Assembly: GCA_964016885.1 (NCBI GenBank)
Contig: OZ024749.1
Span: forward strand, 33,542,001-33,606,000
DNA from: Eledone cirrhosa
Taxonomy: Eukaryota
Direction of reading: 5' to 3'
Length of the DNA stretch: 64,000 nucleotides
Of the stretch, positions 1 through 16,959 are shown in pieces. A program made the position numbers and the translations under genes. The notes beneath the pieces were generated by a model. The model was not told the DNA's origin, did no database searches, and was given only the letters and a program-made list of their open reading frames with translations. Positions within the stretch are counted from its first letter, which is position 1. Each line of letters begins with the position of its first letter.

Positions 1-13
1 TATATATATATAT

Positions 14-312
<299 letters not shown>

Positions 313-873
313 TGCGTGCACCCATATCTATATGTGAGATTGTGCACATTTGTGTACACTAATATACAATTCACAATCAACATTCACTGAAACACAATTT
401 TATAGAATTCATTATATATTTATCTTTTGTGTCTGTTTCGCCTCATAACTCATCAGGGGTATTGGCTTCCCCTGCTAACCTCTCTTTCTGGACAGTGTCT
501 CAATATTTACTTGAAGCAACCGAGAAAATAATAAAGAATCCACAAATAAACGAAACAAAACAAAAAAAAAATACACCAAACCAAAAGAGAAACAAACCGA
601 CATAACAAAATAGATGAAAACTGGTCGGAGTAGAGAAAATCTTTATTACACTGTTATGAAAAATGTATCGATGTATCTTGTACATATATAATATCTTTAG
701 TTCACAGTTAGAAGATCATTAATTTCTTTCTTGTATGTACAATGAACGAGATTGTTGGTCTGGAGTGTGTCTGAGTGGATGTTCTGGTGTGTGTATGACT
801 TAGATAATTTATTGCTTATATCGTCTTACTGATGTTATCATTTGTTTTCGCTCTTTTTATCTAATTCAAAGAC

Positions 874-904
<31 letters not shown>

Positions 905-910
905 ATATAA

Positions 911-1096
911 TTGTTTCTACTTTAGGCACAAGGCCAGCAATTACCCAGTGCATTACTGGTACTTTATTCTATCGACCCCGTAAGGATAAAAGGTAAAGTC
1001 AACCTCGGCGGGATTTGAACTCAGATCGTAAAGGGACGTAACTATGCTGGAAAGCATGGCGTCCGACCCTCTACCGATACTGCCAATCCACCGCCC
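911..1096 (-). mobile_element. tRNA-derived SINE with Meta-domain-like central region
   Basis: Minus strand has an A-box-like tggcagtatcgg, B-box gagttcaaatccc, the ctt(t)atccttacggggtcgata..ataaagtacc motif and an AT-rich tail. More than 10 related copies occur in the window. Confidence 0.85.
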
Positions 1097-1158
1097 TGTA
1101 TATATATAATATAATATAATATAATATTATATATATATATAATATAATATATATATAA

Positions 1159-1337
1159 TTGTTTCTACTTTTGGCACAAGGCCAGCAATTACCCAGTTCA
1201 TCACTGGTACTTTATTTTATCGACCCCGTAAGGATGAAAGGCAAAGTTAACCTCAGCGGGATTTGAACTCAGATCGTAAAGGGACGTAACTACGCTGGAA
1301 AGCGTGTCTGACCCTCTACCAATACTGCCAATTCACC
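1159..1337 (-). mobile_element. Meta-like SINE copy (tandem with the preceding copy)
   Basis: Near-identical to 911-1096. Confidence 0.85.
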
Positions 1338-1354
1338 TATATATAATATAATAT

Positions 1355-1389
<35 letters not shown>

Positions 1390-2018
1390 ATGGTTTCTTA
1401 TATAGGCACAAGGCCAGTAATTTTGGGGGAGCGGAAAGTCGATTAAATTGAGTGACCTTCGTAAACTGTGTATTTTTACTCCCAGTTTGGCTGACGTGCT
1501 TTCTGTATAAGTTAGACATTTCTATTTTATATTGATTGTTCGGTTTATATAGAAACACGGTCCTTATGTGTATACATATTTTAAACTGGTTGAGTGCATT
1601 TTTGGCGGGAATTCCAGTTTTTTAATTCAACCCACCAAAGCATGTTTTTTCTCATTAGCGGCCTCTTTCTTGTATGGAGGTTACGTGTCATGACAGCATT
1701 GAACTGCTAGAATCAATGATGATAACGGTCTGTGTAGATGTGTTCACGTTGAAAACCAAAATGTTAGGAAGGTCTGAAGCCTCATTGCATAATATTAGGC
1801 AAGTCTCTGATATTAGGCAAGTCTCTGTATATATCACTTTTAATAACAGAAGCGTCCAGCAATTTGATACTGAAGTATCACTACCGAAACATTACGATTT
1901 TAATTTCTAATTAACTATCTCAATGATAGCTTACATTTTCTCACTTTCAAACCCATTATCTCATTAATGGAGTGAGTACTGATCGGAGCTCGCCGAAACG
2001 AATTCCTTGACCTTGGTA

Positions 2019-2063
<45 letters not shown>

Positions 2064-2150
2064 GTAGGAGGTGAGTTTTATTGTAGTACAATAAAGCAAT
2101 GCAGATATCGGATAAGAAGCACTCTACAGTTTGTAGGACTGGAGTATACA

Positions 2151-2482
2151 TAATATAAGATCAAAAGATGGTTAAAGGAGTTCCATGTATTTTATTATGC
2201 GCATTTCAAAAACAAACATCATCATGCAATAATATTTGTGTTTTCATCAGATAAAACAGGAGAACATGATATGAAGGCTAAAAAACACTTGTGGATAGTG
2301 CAGTTTTAAATCAACATATATTGATTTAAAACTGCACTATCCACAAGTGTTTTTTAGCCTTCATATCATGTTCTCCTGTTTTATCTGATGAAAACACAAA
2401 TATTATTGCATGATGATGTTTGTTTTTGAAATGCGCATAATAAAATACATGGAACTCCTTTAACCATCTTTTGATCTTATAT

Positions 2483-2483
<1 letters not shown>
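2151..2483. mobile_element. Near-perfect ~165-bp-arm fold-back element with a hammerhead in each arm
   Basis: Arms are reverse complements centred at ~2317 (ttttaaatcaa-catata-ttgatttaaaa). The right end abuts (TA)n. Confidence 0.85.
2379..2445 (+). ncRNA. Type I hammerhead ribozyme (mirror copy on minus strand at 2190-2256)
   Basis: Stem I ttttat/ataaaa; core CTGATGA; long stem II aaacacaaatatt/gatgtttgttttt; GAAA; palindromic tgcgca; TA at the cleavage site. Confidence 0.8.
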
Positions 2484-2569
<86 letters not shown>

Positions 2570-2584
2570 TTTGGGCTTAAATTT

Positions 2585-2617
<33 letters not shown>

Positions 2618-2763
2618 CAGTATTTACGTATCGAGAGAGAGAAAAAAGGGGGAGGATAGGTGATACATATAGTTATTTGCCAAGTAGCGTATGCCAAAGG
2701 TGCTCGATACTACTGCCGGCAGTATTAAATATACGAAGTGTTAATATTTAGTGGGCTAGAGAG

Positions 2764-3050
<287 letters not shown>

Positions 3051-3244
3051 TAGTATATCTACTAACATATGCGTACAGATGTACGCTAATGCCAGCAAAT
3101 ACACAGGTTATGTCATAGTACCTAGGTGGTTCAATGCAGGAGGATGCAGAACAATAATATAAAAGACGTAAAATAAAAAAAAATAAAAAATAAAAAATAA
3201 AAAAGTAAGTAAGTTAATTTTTTAAAATTTTCTTATTTTACGTC

Positions 3245-3330
<86 letters not shown>

Positions 3331-3337
<7 letters not shown>

Positions 3338-3548
3338 TAACAGATTAAAGTTTAAGCAAAGAATCGCTGCTTTCACCCTTAACGGGATCTTCAGAAGATC
3401 CCGTTAAGGGTGAAAGCAGCGATTCTTTGCTTAAACTTTAATCTGTTATTTTAATAAATATTTGCTCTACGTTTCTTATATATTTGATATATATTTATCC
3501 TTATCGAGCCCTCTTTGGATTTTAGTCTTCAAATTTATTATTATTACT
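3331..3548. mobile_element. Fold-back HHR-like element (family also at 36292-36523, 43217-43400, partial 42721-42764 and 52011-52099)
   Basis: Palindrome centred on gggatcttcagaagatccc (~3391), followed by a shared 3' tail ending aaatttattattattac-(TA)n. Confidence 0.8.
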
Positions 3549-3556
3549 ATATATAC

Positions 3557-3597
<41 letters not shown>

Positions 3598-3599
<2 letters not shown>

Positions 3600-3817
3600 G
3601 TGGTTACACAACAGTTAGTTCACCATACTGAGGACAATTATTTCACCTTTACGGATCTTCAGCTCGGAATAACCATGCCCATTCCGAGCTGAAGATCCGT
3701 TCAGGTGAAACAATTGTTCTCGGTATGGTGAACTAACTGTTGTGTAACCACTTCTACCTAACTCGTCCCTTGGACTGAGTGCTCTACCACTACGGATATT
3801 ACCTTCCAGTGTTCCAC

Positions 3818-3820
<3 letters not shown>
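3598..3820. mobile_element. Fold-back HHR element (second copy at 48359-48541)
   Basis: Inverted arms 3598-3670 and 3681-3754 within (TA)n. The 3' tail ggactgagtgctctaccactacggatattaccttccagtgtt is shared with 48500-48541. Confidence 0.8.
3684..3723 (+). ncRNA. Minimal type I hammerhead ribozyme
   Basis: ccgag-CTGAAGA-t-cc-gttca-gg-t-GAAA-caattg-TT-ctcgg; 5-bp stem I and palindromic stem III/loop. Confidence 0.8.
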
Positions 3821-3859
<39 letters not shown>

Positions 3860-3958
3860 TGAAACGATCGACTTTCGTCAAATCGGACCGAGGGAACAAT
3901 GTTTCCGTTGGTCTTTCCAATTGCTAATACTATCTATCGGTCGCAACTCCAGGTAGAA

Positions 3959-4354
<396 letters not shown>

Positions 4355-4984
4355 CATATATATCTGTGTGTGTGTATGCGTCTGTCTGTTACTATCTCTA
4401 TTTTACGTGTATATATATATATATATTTCATCTCCTTTCCTTTCCTTCTCTCTCACTTCATTCTCTTTTCTTTCCATTCTCTTTATGTCTCTTTCACATC
4501 TCTCACTCACACACACGTTTGAGCATCCACACACACACACATACGCACACTCACTTTCTCTTTCTTTATCCTCTCTTTCTCTTTCTTTATTCCTCTTTCT
4601 CTTCCTGTCTAACTCTTCCTCATGCGTCTGTCCTTCTCTGTCCTTCTTTGCCCGCCTGTCTCTTTATACATGATTAAATACCATTAGACCACCCAAAATG
4701 TTCATTAAGGATGTTATATTGGTTTCAAATGCTTGAAGCCGACCAAATAAACGTTAGGCGTTGGCGAGACGGCATCGCAAGGAGATAAAACATGGTGACC
4801 TCATTCATTTAGCTAGATTTACTGAGGTTGCTATTGTTAAAGACAGGAAAAAGGACGATGTAAGGTTAGGACTCGGAGGGCGAAAATATGACATTAGTAC
4901 TGATTAAGATATTGAAGATGGTGAATGAAAAATATTGATGGGATGTGGTGATGTTGGTGTGGTGTTTGTATCAGTTGCTAGTGT

Positions 4985-5745
4985 TGATGGTGGTGGTGGT
5001 GGTGGTGATGGTGATGGTGATGGTGGTGGTGGTGGTGATGATGATGGTGGTGGTGGTGGTGGTGGTGGTGGTAGTGATGGTGGTGGTGGTGGTAGTGATG
5101 GTGATGGTGGTGGTGGTGATGGTGGTGGTGGCGGCGGTGGTGGTGGTGGTGGTGATGGTGATAGTGGTGGTGGTGGTGGCGGTGGTGGTGGTGATGATGA
5201 TGGTGGCGGTGGTGATGATGGTGATGGTGGTGGTGGTGGCGGTGATGATGGTGATGGTGGTGGTGATGATGATGGTGGCGGTGGTGATGATGGTGGTGGT
5301 GATGGTGAAGGTGGTGGTGATGGTGGAGGTGGTGGTGATGGTGATGGTGGTGGTGGTGGTGGTGATGGTGGTGGTGGTGGCGGTGGTGGTGGTGATGATG
5401 ATGGTGGTGGTGGTGATGGTGATGGTGGTGGTGGAGGTGGAGGTGGTGGTGATGGTGATGGTGGTGGTGGTGATGGTGGTGGTGATGGTGATGGTGGTGG
5501 TGGTGATGGTGGTGGCGGCGGCGGTAGTGGTGGTGATGGTGGTGATGGTGGTGGTGATGGTGATGGTGGTGGTGATGGTGGTGGTGATGGTGGTGATGAT
5601 GGTGGTGATAGTGTTGTTTGTGCCAGTTGGTAGTGTTGATGGTAGTGATGGTGGTGGTGATGATGCTGGTTAATAGTGACGATGATGGTGTTGGTGCTGA
5701 TGGTGATGGTGATGGTGATAGTGATGGTGATGGTGATGGTGGTGT
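4985..5745. repeat. (GGT/GAT/GGC)n trinucleotide repeat
   Basis: Directly visible. It explains the poly-Gly, poly-Val and poly-His ORFs. Confidence 0.95.
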
Positions 5746-5837
5746 CATTGTGTAACTCCGGGTTTCCACTAATTGGGTAGATCTGTGCTTAAAATGTTTC
5801 AGGCAAACAACGAATATGCACAAAACACACACACACA

Positions 5838-5883
<46 letters not shown>

Positions 5884-5945
5884 GTATGTATGTATATGCT
5901 TGTGTGCCTGTGTGTATATGTGTGTGTGTCTGTGTACGTCTATGC

Positions 5946-5982
<37 letters not shown>

Positions 5983-6856
5983 CATCGGTGCAAATAATTT
6001 AATCATCACATACCAGATGTATTAGAAGATTAAATTGCCAATAGACGTGTAGATATTGTCTACCGGAAGTCATATGATTAGAGCCATGTCTAGTGACGTC
6101 ATTGCTATATTTGCTGTAATATCCTTACTTGGATAAAACACGATAGAAGCGGAGTCACAGTATATTGTCTGTCATCTATAACTACCTATTATATGTTTTA
6201 CTTAATAATATAACAACTGCATTACTGGTAACAGATCTCAGCGACTTTTATATATACCCATTGCTTGCAAATATAGAATAGTGTAGAATATATTCTTAAG
6301 AGAAAACGCGTTGATTTAAATAGCTGACATGAAAAAATAAATGTAATGCATACGTACAGTGTTATTATCCAGGTCTCGTATGATGTTAAAATGGATTATA
6401 CCCCCAACCACCGTAGGAAATATTCCCTATTTGTATCACTAATGTTTCCAGTAACACTGAACATCTTGCAAATCCTCACATCCATCTCGCTCAGTTCTGC
6501 AGGCAAATTGTTGTCGTTAGGATGGGCACAGCCAAAGCAATATGGGGCAATGTGCTTGTTGTACGCTGAGAGTTCTGATAGCTATATTCTCTTTACTCTT
6601 CCCAGGCATTCATTCCTGGTTCTCATTCTCTGACATTCTCATGCTCTCCAAGATATCTATAATTCTCACCTTACTGTACAAGTATCATCAAGCCGTTCAT
6701 TTTTAGGTTTTCAGAAGAGGGCGCAACTTTCCCACGTTTTATTGTAAAAAAATGCACAATTGGCCTCACCAAATTTATTCAAATATCTTGTTTGAACAAT
6801 TGGGACAATCTTCGTCGCTAACGACGGAGCTCGAACACACACATTTATAATATAAT

Positions 6857-7020
6857 AGTTTCTTCTTTTGGTACAAGACCAGCAATTATCCCAGTGCATA
6901 CTGGTACTTTATTATATCGACCTCGCAAGGATGAAAGCGAAGTCTGAACTCAGACCGTAAAGGACCGTAAGTCTTTGCTGCAAATCATGGCGTCCGACCC
7001 TCTACCGATACTACCAAACC
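6857..7020 (-). mobile_element. Degenerate Meta-like SINE
   Basis: Similar to 911-1096 with internal deletions. Confidence 0.75.
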
Positions 7021-7346
7021 ACATGCAATTGATTCACACATGTTGAGCATGTCATCCTCCCCGACACCCTTAAAAGGATGATAGCCAACGCCATCCCTCC
7101 CTGAAAGCAAAATAAAAACAAACACATAAAAAGAAATGATTCTAGATGACCAAATCCATTGAACTAGAATTAGCTGTATCGGTAGGTCACCATCTGGTGT
7201 GTTATCAAGAAATTAACTTCCTGTAGGCGCCTACCAATTATCAAGTTTAGCTATTCAATTTTCCACGCCCCACCAGCCAACCGCCACCCTCCCTTTAACA
7301 CTTGATCAACATTCTATCACACTTCCCTCTTCTTGCTCCTTATTTT

Positions 7347-7396
<50 letters not shown>

Positions 7397-8159
7397 CAAA
7401 ATTATTAATATTATTATTATTATTATTATTATTAGTATTGTTTATAGCTACCTTGTTAAATCCCTCACTTAAGTCGTAACAGAGATTTTTAATTACTTTC
7501 TCCGGATATTCGTGGCCATTTTTATAGCTGTTGCCACATTTTTGTTTGTTGTTGTCGTTGTTGCTGTTGGTGTCTTTGTTGCTGCTACTGTTGTTTTTGT
7601 TTAGACCTAAGTCAGCCTGTCCTCAGCAGACCATAACCCAAAGCGTTGAAACTATCACCACACAACTTGTTGTTGCTGTTTTTTAATTGTTGTTGATACC
7701 CTATTTGTTGTAATTTTAGTTGTTGCTGTTTTTGCAAATGTTATTACCGCTGTTGTTGTTTTGTTGATGTTATTGTTATTGTTGACACCTTAGTTGTCGT
7801 TTTTGTTTTTGTTGTTATATTTGTTTAGCCCAAGGTCAGTCTGCTCGAGCTGACGATAATCGAAGATGTTAAAACCACAACCAGACAATTAACTAATTAA
7901 TTAATTAATTTCTTTCTTTCTTTATTCTTCAGACTTTATTTAAGATTATGTTTCCCAATAATTACATTTCCTTTTAATAGGAAGGAATTTATAACTGCTA
8001 TTTATAGCAGGTCAATCAATTACATAGATGCACAACCGTGTGTCTTCTCTGGTTCTGGTAGTAACTTAAACTTACTAGTTGTTTCCTAAGTTACTGTGAG
8101 ATGGTTTCCTTCTAAACCTGTATCAGTTTATATAGAAACGTTAGAAAATCAGGTACTTT

Positions 8160-8995
8160 TTGTTGTCACTTGATGTTGAGGATTCGTCTTAAACAAATTT
8201 GATTAAAGTGTTCAAGCAGCCTGGGGTGTCTAGGATGTACTGTCTACGTTTCAGAGGAGTACAACAGAGCACTCAGTATACATGCCTCGTACACACAAAT
8301 CTTGGTCTTGGTACTGATGCTCTGATCCGCCCACACTCTCTTTTCAAGTTTTCCGAAGGCTACAGAGGCCTTCTGAATGCGCAGGTGTATTTCCACATTC
8401 AGCGAACCATCAATTGACAATGCCCTGTCCAGGTAAACAAACGTGTCAGCTATACCCAGCCTAGTTCAATGCACCATTATATTTGACTCGATGTATGATT
8501 CCCCTGCTGCTGGGTGTACATTACCTTAGTCTTTTCCAGATTAAGTTTCATGTCAAGGACATTGCAAGAAGCTGCAAAACAATCCATGATGTGTTGCGTG
8601 TCATCTTGAGAGTGAGCTAGAAAGTCAACATCGCCTGCAAACAGGAGTTTTCTAATTAGTATTTGGAACACCTTGGACTGAAATTGAACCTTCTTCGGTT
8701 TAATAGTTCCTCTTGCAGTTCTAACTTGCAATATGACACCCTTTTCACAGTCCAGGAATGCATGTGTCAGCAGTACAGCAAAGAATATTGACAACAGCAT
8801 CAACTGCGATTTCATTGGACAATTCTCCATTAAAGACAACCCGAGCTTTCATCTCTGTGCAGCTGGACAAACATATCATAAAACTTGGTAGGCACCCCAC
8901 TTTCCCTAGTATTTTCCACAACGCACCTCTGTTCACCGAATCAAAGGCCCTTGTAAGATCAACAAAAACTTGATACAGAGGAACTCGCTGCTCTA
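8160..8995 (-). pseudogene. Degenerate RTE-clade LINE reverse transcriptase fragment
   Basis: Translations EQRVPLYQVFVDLTRAFDSVNRGALWKILGKVGC, LLFAGD (FADD-like), MKLNLEKTKVM, RIQKASVAFGKLEKRVW and LLYSSET, spread over frameshifted frames. Confidence 0.9.
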
Positions 8996-9028
8996 CACAT
9001 GTATGCATGTATGTATATAAATATATAT

Positions 9029-9152
<124 letters not shown>

Positions 9153-9435
9153 GATTGCTGCAAACTCTGCTAAGAGTATTGCAATCGCTTGTCAGATTAC
9201 AGAAAATGGTGCACTTTTAGGCTACGGCCAGCCACACGAACCTGTAACAGATCCTGAACAAGCAATGCCTGGCTTTGAAGGTTTTTTAAGTGGGGAAAGG
9301 CCTTGCACTCGACCAATCCCATTCTCTAAGAATCGAAAACACTATCCGAAAAGGAGAACTTGTCAACATCATCGGATGCTTCCGAAGCCGCTGGTTTCTT
9401 TTTCAGTTTCCCTCTCTTATTGTTGTGACAACAAC

Positions 9436-9635
9436 NNNNNNNNNNNNNNNNNNNNNNNNNNNNNNNNNNNNNNNNNNNNNNNNNNNNNNNNNNNNNNNNN
9501 NNNNNNNNNNNNNNNNNNNNNNNNNNNNNNNNNNNNNNNNNNNNNNNNNNNNNNNNNNNNNNNNNNNNNNNNNNNNNNNNNNNNNNNNNNNNNNNNNNNN
9601 NNNNNNNNNNNNNNNNNNNNNNNNNNNNNNNNNNN
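9436..9635. other. Assembly gap (200 N)
   Basis: Run of N. Confidence 1.
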
Positions 9636-11526
<1,891 letters not shown>

Positions 11527-11650
11527 TGAATGTAGACATAGAATATTCGAAAATATTCTGTATGTTTATAATAAACATTTTGAAGACCTAATCGCTATAG
11601 AATAGAATACGTCACGTATTACAATTAGATTCTCGATAAAAGCAAGGGAA

Positions 11651-11693
11651 GTAATCTACGCGTTTCATTCTAGTTAGAAATCATCAGGACTAC
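11651..11693 (-). ncRNA. Type I hammerhead ribozyme (first of 5 minus-strand copies, 310-bp spacing)
   Basis: Reverse complement of the motif at 13056-13098. Confidence 0.85.
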
Positions 11694-13055
11694 ATATCCA
11701 GTGCTTTTATCGAGAATGACACAGCTAGAGACTTATAGAATACTTAGCTGTGTACAGGAACTGGTTTGAAGAGCGGTTGCCGGTCCGGCAGAAATTAGAA
11801 ATTGGAATAAATGCTCTGAAATAGCGATATATATGTGAATGTAGACATAGAATATTCGAAAATATTCTGTATGTTTATAATAAACATTTTGAAGACCTAA
11901 TCGCTATAGAATAGAATACGTCACGTATTACAATTAGATTCTCGATAAAAGCAAGGGAAGTAATCTACGCGTTTCATTCTAGTTAGAATCATCAGGACTA
12001 CATATCCAGTGCTTTTATCGAGAATGACACAGCTAGAGACTTATAGAATACTTAGCTGTGTACAGGAACTGGTTTGAAAGAGCGGTTGCCGGTCCGGCAG
12101 AAATTAGAAATTGGAATAAATGCTCTGAAATAGCGATATATATGTGAATGTAGACATAGAATATTCGAAAATATTCTGTATGTTTATAATAAACATTTTG
12201 AAGACCTAATCGCTATAGAATAGAATACGTCACGTATTACAATTAGATTCTCGATAAAAGCAAGGGAAGTAATCTACGCGTTTCATTCTAGTTAGAAATC
12301 ATCAGGACTACATATCCAGTGCTTTTATCGAGAATGACACAGCTAGAGACTTATAGAATACTTAGCTGTGTACAGGAACTGGTTTGAAAGAGCGGTTGCC
12401 GGTCCGGCAGAAATTAGAAATTGGAATAAATGCTCTGAAATAGCGATATATATGTGAATGTAGACATAGAATATTCGAAAATATTCTGTATGTTTATAAT
12501 AAACATTTTGAAGACCTAATCGCTATAGAATAGAATACGTCACGTATTACAATTAGATTCTCGATAAAAGCAAGGGAAGTAATCTACGCGTTTCATTCTA
12601 GTTAGAAATCATCAGGACTACATATCCAGTGCTTTTATCGAGAATGACACAGCTAGAGACTTATAGAATACTTAGCTGTGTACAGGAACTGGTTTGAAAG
12701 AGCGGTTGCCGGTCCGGCAGAAATTAGAAATTGGAATAAATGCTCTGAAATAGCGATATATATGTGAATGTAGACATAGAATATTCGAAAATATTCTGTA
12801 TGTTTATAATAAACATTTTGAAGACCTAATCGCTATAGAATAGAATACGTCACGTATTACAATTAGATTCTCGATAAAAGCAAGGGAAGTAATCTACGCG
12901 TTTCATTCTAGTTAGAGATCATCAGGACTACATATCCAGTGCTTTTATCGAGAATGACACAGCTAGAGACTTATAGAATACTTAGCTGTGTACAGGAACA
13001 GCTAAGTATTCTATAAGTCTCTAGCTGTGTCATTCTCGATAAAAGCACTGGATAT

Positions 13056-13098
13056 GTAGTCCTGATGATTTCTAACTAGAATGAAACGCGTAGATTAC
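13056..13098 (+). ncRNA. Type I hammerhead ribozyme (first of 7 plus-strand copies, 310-bp spacing)
   Basis: gtagtc-CTGATGA-t-ttcta-ac-tagaa-t-GAAA-cgcg-TA-gattac. Stem I continues after an internal loop with a 16-bp helix attctcgataaaagca/tgcttttatcgagaat. Confidence 0.88.
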
Positions 13099-15118
13099 TT
13101 CCCTTGCTTTTATCGAGAATCTAATTGTAATACGTGACGTATTCTATTCTATAGCGATTAGGTCTTCAAAATGTTTATTATAAACATACAGAATATTTTC
13201 GAATATTCTATGTCTACATTCACATATATATCGCTATTTCAGAGCATTTATTCCAATTTCTAATTTCTGCCGGACCGGCAACCGCTCTTTCAAACCAGTT
13301 CCTGTACACAGCTAAGTATTCTATAAGTCTCTAGCTGTGTCATTCTCGATAAAAGCACTGGATATGTAGTCCCTGATGATTTCTAACTAGAATGAAACGC
13401 GTAGATTACTTCCCTTGCTTTTATCGAGAATCTAATTGTAATACGTGACGTATTCTATTCTATAGCGATTAGGTCTTCAAAATGTTTATTATAAACATAC
13501 AGAATATTTTCGAATATTCTATGTCTACATTCACATATATATCGCTATTTCAGAGCATTTATTCCAATTTCTAATTTCTGCCGGACCGGCAACCGCTCTT
13601 TCAAACCAGTTCCTGTACACAGCTAAGTATTCTATAAGTCTCTAGCTGTGTCATTCTCGATAAAAGCACTGATATGTAGTCCTGATGATTTCTAACTAGA
13701 ATGAAACGCGTAGATTACTTCCCTTGCTTTTATCGAGAATCTAATTGTAATACGTGACGTATTCTATTCTATAGCGATTAGGTCTTCAAAATGTTTATTA
13801 TAAACATACAGAATATTTTCGAATATTCTATGTCTACATTCACATATATATCGCTATTTCAGAGCATTTATTCCAATTTCTAATTTCTGCCGGACCGGCA
13901 ACCGCTCTTTCAAACCAGTTCCTGTACACAGCTAAGTATTCTATAAGTCTCTAGCTGTGTCATTCTCGATAAAAGCACTGGATATGTAGTCCTGATGATT
14001 TCTAACTAGAATGAAACGCGTAGATTACTTCCCTTGCTTTTATCGAGAATCTAATTGTAATACGTGACGTATTCTATTCTATAGCGATTAGGTCTTCAAA
14101 ATGTTTATTATAAACATACAGAATATTTTCGAATATTCTATGTCTACATTCACATATATATCGCTATTTCAGAGCATTTATTCCAATTTCTAATTTCTGC
14201 CGGACCGGCAACCGCTCTTTCAAACCAGTTCCTGTACACAGCTAAGTATTCTATAAGTCTCTAGCTGTGTCATTCTCGATAAAAGCACTGGATATGTAGT
14301 CCTGATGATTTCTAACTAGAATGAAACGCGTAGATTACTTCCCTTGCTTTTATCGAGAATCTAATTGTAATACGTGACGTATTCTATTCTATAGCGATTA
14401 GGTCTTCAAAATGTTTATTATAAACATACAGAATATTTTCGAATATTCTATGTCTACATTCACATATATATCGCTATTTCAGAGCATTATTCCAATTTCT
14501 AATTTCTGCCGGACCGGCAACCGCTCTTTCAAACCAGTTCCTGTACACAGCTAAGTATTCTATAAGTCTCTAGCTGTGTCATTCTCGATAAAAGCACTGG
14601 ATATGTAGTCCTGATGATTTCTAACTAGAATGAAACGCGTAGATTACTTCCCTTGCTTTTATCGAGAATCTAATTGTAATACGTGACGTATTCTATTCTA
14701 TAGCGATTAGGTCTTCAAAATGTTTATTATAAACATACAGAATATTTTCGAATATTCTATGTCTACATTCACATATATATCGCTATTTCAGAGCATTTAT
14801 TCCAATTTCTAATTTCTGCCGGACCGGCAACCGCTCTTTCAAACCAGTTCCTGTACACAGCTAAGTATTCTATAAGTCTCTAGCTGTGTCATTCTCGATA
14901 AAAGCACTGGATATGTAGTCCTGATGATTTCTAACTAGAATGAAACGCGTAGATTACTTCCCTTGCTTTTATCGAGAATCTAATTGTAATACGTGACGTA
15001 TTCTATTCTATAGCGATTAGGTCTTCAAAATGTTTATTATAAACATACAGAATATTTTCGAATATTCTATGTCTATATTCACATATATATCGCTATTTCA
15101 GAGCATTTATTCCAATTT

Positions 15119-15136
15119 ATATATATATATATATAT

Positions 15137-15179
<43 letters not shown>

Positions 15180-15196
15180 TATATATATATATATAT

Positions 15197-15229
<33 letters not shown>

Positions 15230-15527
15230 TATATATATATAGATATATATAGATATATATATAGATATATATATATATATAGATATAATATATATAGATA
15301 TATATATAGATATATATATATATAATGATATATATATAGATATATATATAGATATATATATAGATATATATTATATATATATATATATATAGATATATAT
15401 ATATATATTATATATATATATATATATATAGATATATATATAGATATATATATAGATATATATATATAGATATATATAGATATATATATATAGATATATA
15501 TATAGATATATATATAGATATATATAT

Positions 15528-15566
<39 letters not shown>

Positions 15567-16920
15567 TATATATATATATATAATAGATATATATATATAG
15601 ATATATATATAGATATATATATAGATATATATATATATAGATATATATATATAGATATATATATATAGATATATATATAGATAGATATATATATAGATAT
15701 ATATATATAGTATATATATAGATATATATATAGATATATAGTATATATATATATATATAGATATATATATATATATATAGGTATATATATATATATATAG
15801 ATATATATATATAGTATATAATATATATAGATATATATATATAGATATATATAGATATATATATATATATATAGATATATATATATATATATATATATAT
15901 AGGTATATATATATATATAGTATATATATATATATATAGTATATATATATATATATATATAGTATATATATATATATATATATAGGTATATATATATATA
16001 TATAGGTATATATATATATATAGATATATATATATATATATATAGTATATATATATAGTATATATATATATATATATAGGTATATATATATAGTATATAT
16101 ATAGTATATATATATAGGTATATATATATATATATATATAGGTATATATATATAGGTATATATATATATATATATATATATAGGTATATATAGTATATAT
16201 ATATAGGTATATATATATATATATAGGTATATATATATATATATATAGGTATATATATAGTATATATATAGGTATATATATATATAGGTATATAGGTATA
16301 TATATAGGTATATATATAAGGTATATATATAGGTATATATATAGTATATATATATAGGTATATATATATATATATATAGGTATATATATATATATATATA
16401 TAGGTATATATATATATATATATATAGGTATATATATATATATATATAGGTATATATATTATATATATAGGTATATATATATATATATATAGGTATATAT
16501 ATATATAGGTATATATATATATATATATAGGTATATTATATATATATATATAGGTATATATATATACTATATATATAGGTATATATCTATATATATATAG
16601 GTATATATATTATATATATATAGGTATATACTATATATATATAGTATATATATATATATATATAGGTATATACCTATATATATAGGTATATATATATATA
16701 TATATATAGGTATATATATATATATATATAGTATATATATAGGTATATATATATAGGTATATATATATATAGGTAGGTATATATATATAGGTAGGTATAT
16801 ATATATAGGTATATATATATATATATAGTATATATATATAGGTAGGTATATATATATAGGTAGGTATATATATATATATATATATATATAGGTATATATA
16901 TAGTATATATATATATATAT

Positions 16921-16959
<39 letters not shown>

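Larger units (their letters stand above)
11527..15118. mobile_element. Retrozyme-like tandem array of 310-bp HHR-bearing units with an internal inversion
   Basis: Unit starts at 11527, 11836, 12145, 12455 and 12765 (period 309-310). Orientation flips at ~12998. About 4.7 plus 6.8 units, no ORF, (TA)n on both sides. Confidence 0.9.

Noticed and set aside
435-465. Minus-strand CTGATGA-gttatgaggc-GAAA hammerhead-like core
   Set aside because: Stem II is weak and I found no convincing stem I or III; at best a decayed copy.
4935-6009. Gly-, Val- and His-rich ORFs
   Set aside because: Translation of a trinucleotide repeat; no splice or domain evidence.
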